A stretch of 326 bases of DNA from Escherichia coli. Its GTDB lineage: Bacteria > Pseudomonadota > Gammaproteobacteria > Enterobacterales > Enterobacteriaceae. Within the stretch, counting starts at the first letter, position 1. Every line of letters begins with the position of its first letter. The translations under genes and the position numbers were made by a program. Shown one piece after another: positions 1 to 326 of the stretch. The notes beneath the pieces were generated by a model that made no database searches, had not been told where the DNA came from, and saw nothing but the letters and a program-made list of their open reading frames with translations. The stretch lies in assembly GCF_003334255.1 (NCBI RefSeq), contig NZ_QOWU01000262.1; one strand, given 5' to 3'.

Positions 1-326
1 TACCTCTCCCGTTTACTCAGTTGTTCAGGCAGATGGTGAAGCAGCTCACCGTTGCCGCAGTAAATGGCGGCATGGTTCGGTACCGAAGCACCAAAGCAGC
101 ACAGCAGAATATCGCCCGCCTGTGCAGAGGACAGGGGCACCCGGTAAAAGCCGGTGACCGCCATATTGTCCAGGTAAAGGTTCTGACCGTTGCGCCACCA
201 GTCATCCTCGCGATGAAAATCCGGCATTTCAGTCCCCGCCAGATGATAAGCATCCCGGAACAGCGTGTAACAGTCCGTCACCCCGTGCTCAAAGCGCCGT
301 CCTGTCAGATGTGGCACACAGCGGAA
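1..326 (-). CDS. K: Internal fragment (5' and 3' ends both outside the window) of a phage lambda gpK-like tail tip assembly protein, covering the NlpC/P60 peptidase-like domain
   Basis: Seen in sequence: the reverse-complement frame with codons at + 326..324 (F) through + 5..3 (R) has 108 sense codons and no stop; the other minus-strand frame in the track stops at 17..19, and the + strand frames I translated stop at 37..39 and 155..157. Translation contains ...EHGVTDCYTLFRDAYH... and ...SVPNHAAIYCGNGELLHH..., matching the Cys and His-His arrangement of NlpC/P60 papain-like peptidases. Established knowledge (recalled, not searched): this closely resembles the C-terminal half of lambda gpK, which has an N-terminal JAB/MPN domain and a C-terminal NlpC/P60 domain. 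The trailing 2 nt (+ 2..1, 'ta' on the coding strand) begin the next codon, so the gene continues below position 1; its start lies above position 326. Confidence 0.87.

Noticed and set aside
2-154. Stop-free run on the + strand (frame starting at position 2, about 51 codons up to the tga at 155..157)
   Set aside because: It has no ATG in frame, is antisense to a strongly supported gene, and the translation has no recognisable features. Such open stretches are expected by chance opposite GC-rich coding sequence.
141-154. Short inverted repeat ccgg-N6-ccgg (ccggtaaaagccgg)
   Set aside because: The stem is only 4 bp with no following T-run, and it lies inside the coding region. It is far too weak to call a terminator or regulatory hairpin and is probably coincidental.
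17-253. The 78-aa minus-strand ORF from the supplied track (MLIIWRGLKCRIFIARMTGG...)
   Set aside because: It is in a different frame from the 108-codon open frame that matches a known phage tail assembly protein. Its Arg/Cys/Trp/Thr-rich, low-complexity composition is typical of out-of-frame translation of GC-rich coding DNA, and I recognise no family in it. Most likely a shadow ORF, though a short overlapping gene cannot be strictly excluded without conservation data.
1-326. Possibility that the window holds a novel or undescribed system (defence system, toxin-antitoxin, CRISPR, mobile-element end)
   Set aside because: The whole window is accounted for by one well-known phage gene family in a single continuous frame. 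There are no repeats, intergenic regions or unexplained ORFs here. Any novelty would have to lie in flanking sequence that I cannot see.

Overview
The whole 326-bp window is the interior of one minus-strand coding region. Reading the reverse complement in the frame that starts at + position 326 gives 108 codons with no stop, running off both edges of the window. The translation is FRCVPHLTGRRFEHGVTDCYTLFRDAYHLAGTEMPDFHREDDWWRNGQNLYLDNMAVTGFYRVPLSSAQAGDILLCCFGASVPNHAAIYCGNGELLHHLPEQLSKRER. I recognise this, from memory and not from a search, as the C-terminal NlpC/P60 peptidase-like portion of a bacteriophage lambda tail tip assembly protein K (gpK) homologue, so the window most likely sits in the tail-gene block of a lambdoid phage or prophage. 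The 78-aa ORF in the supplied track (17..253, minus) is in a different frame and is best explained as a shadow ORF; the real frame is absent from the track only because it has no stop inside the window. I see no RNA gene, repeat array, mobile-element end, promoter or terminator, and nothing in this window supports a novel or undescribed system.
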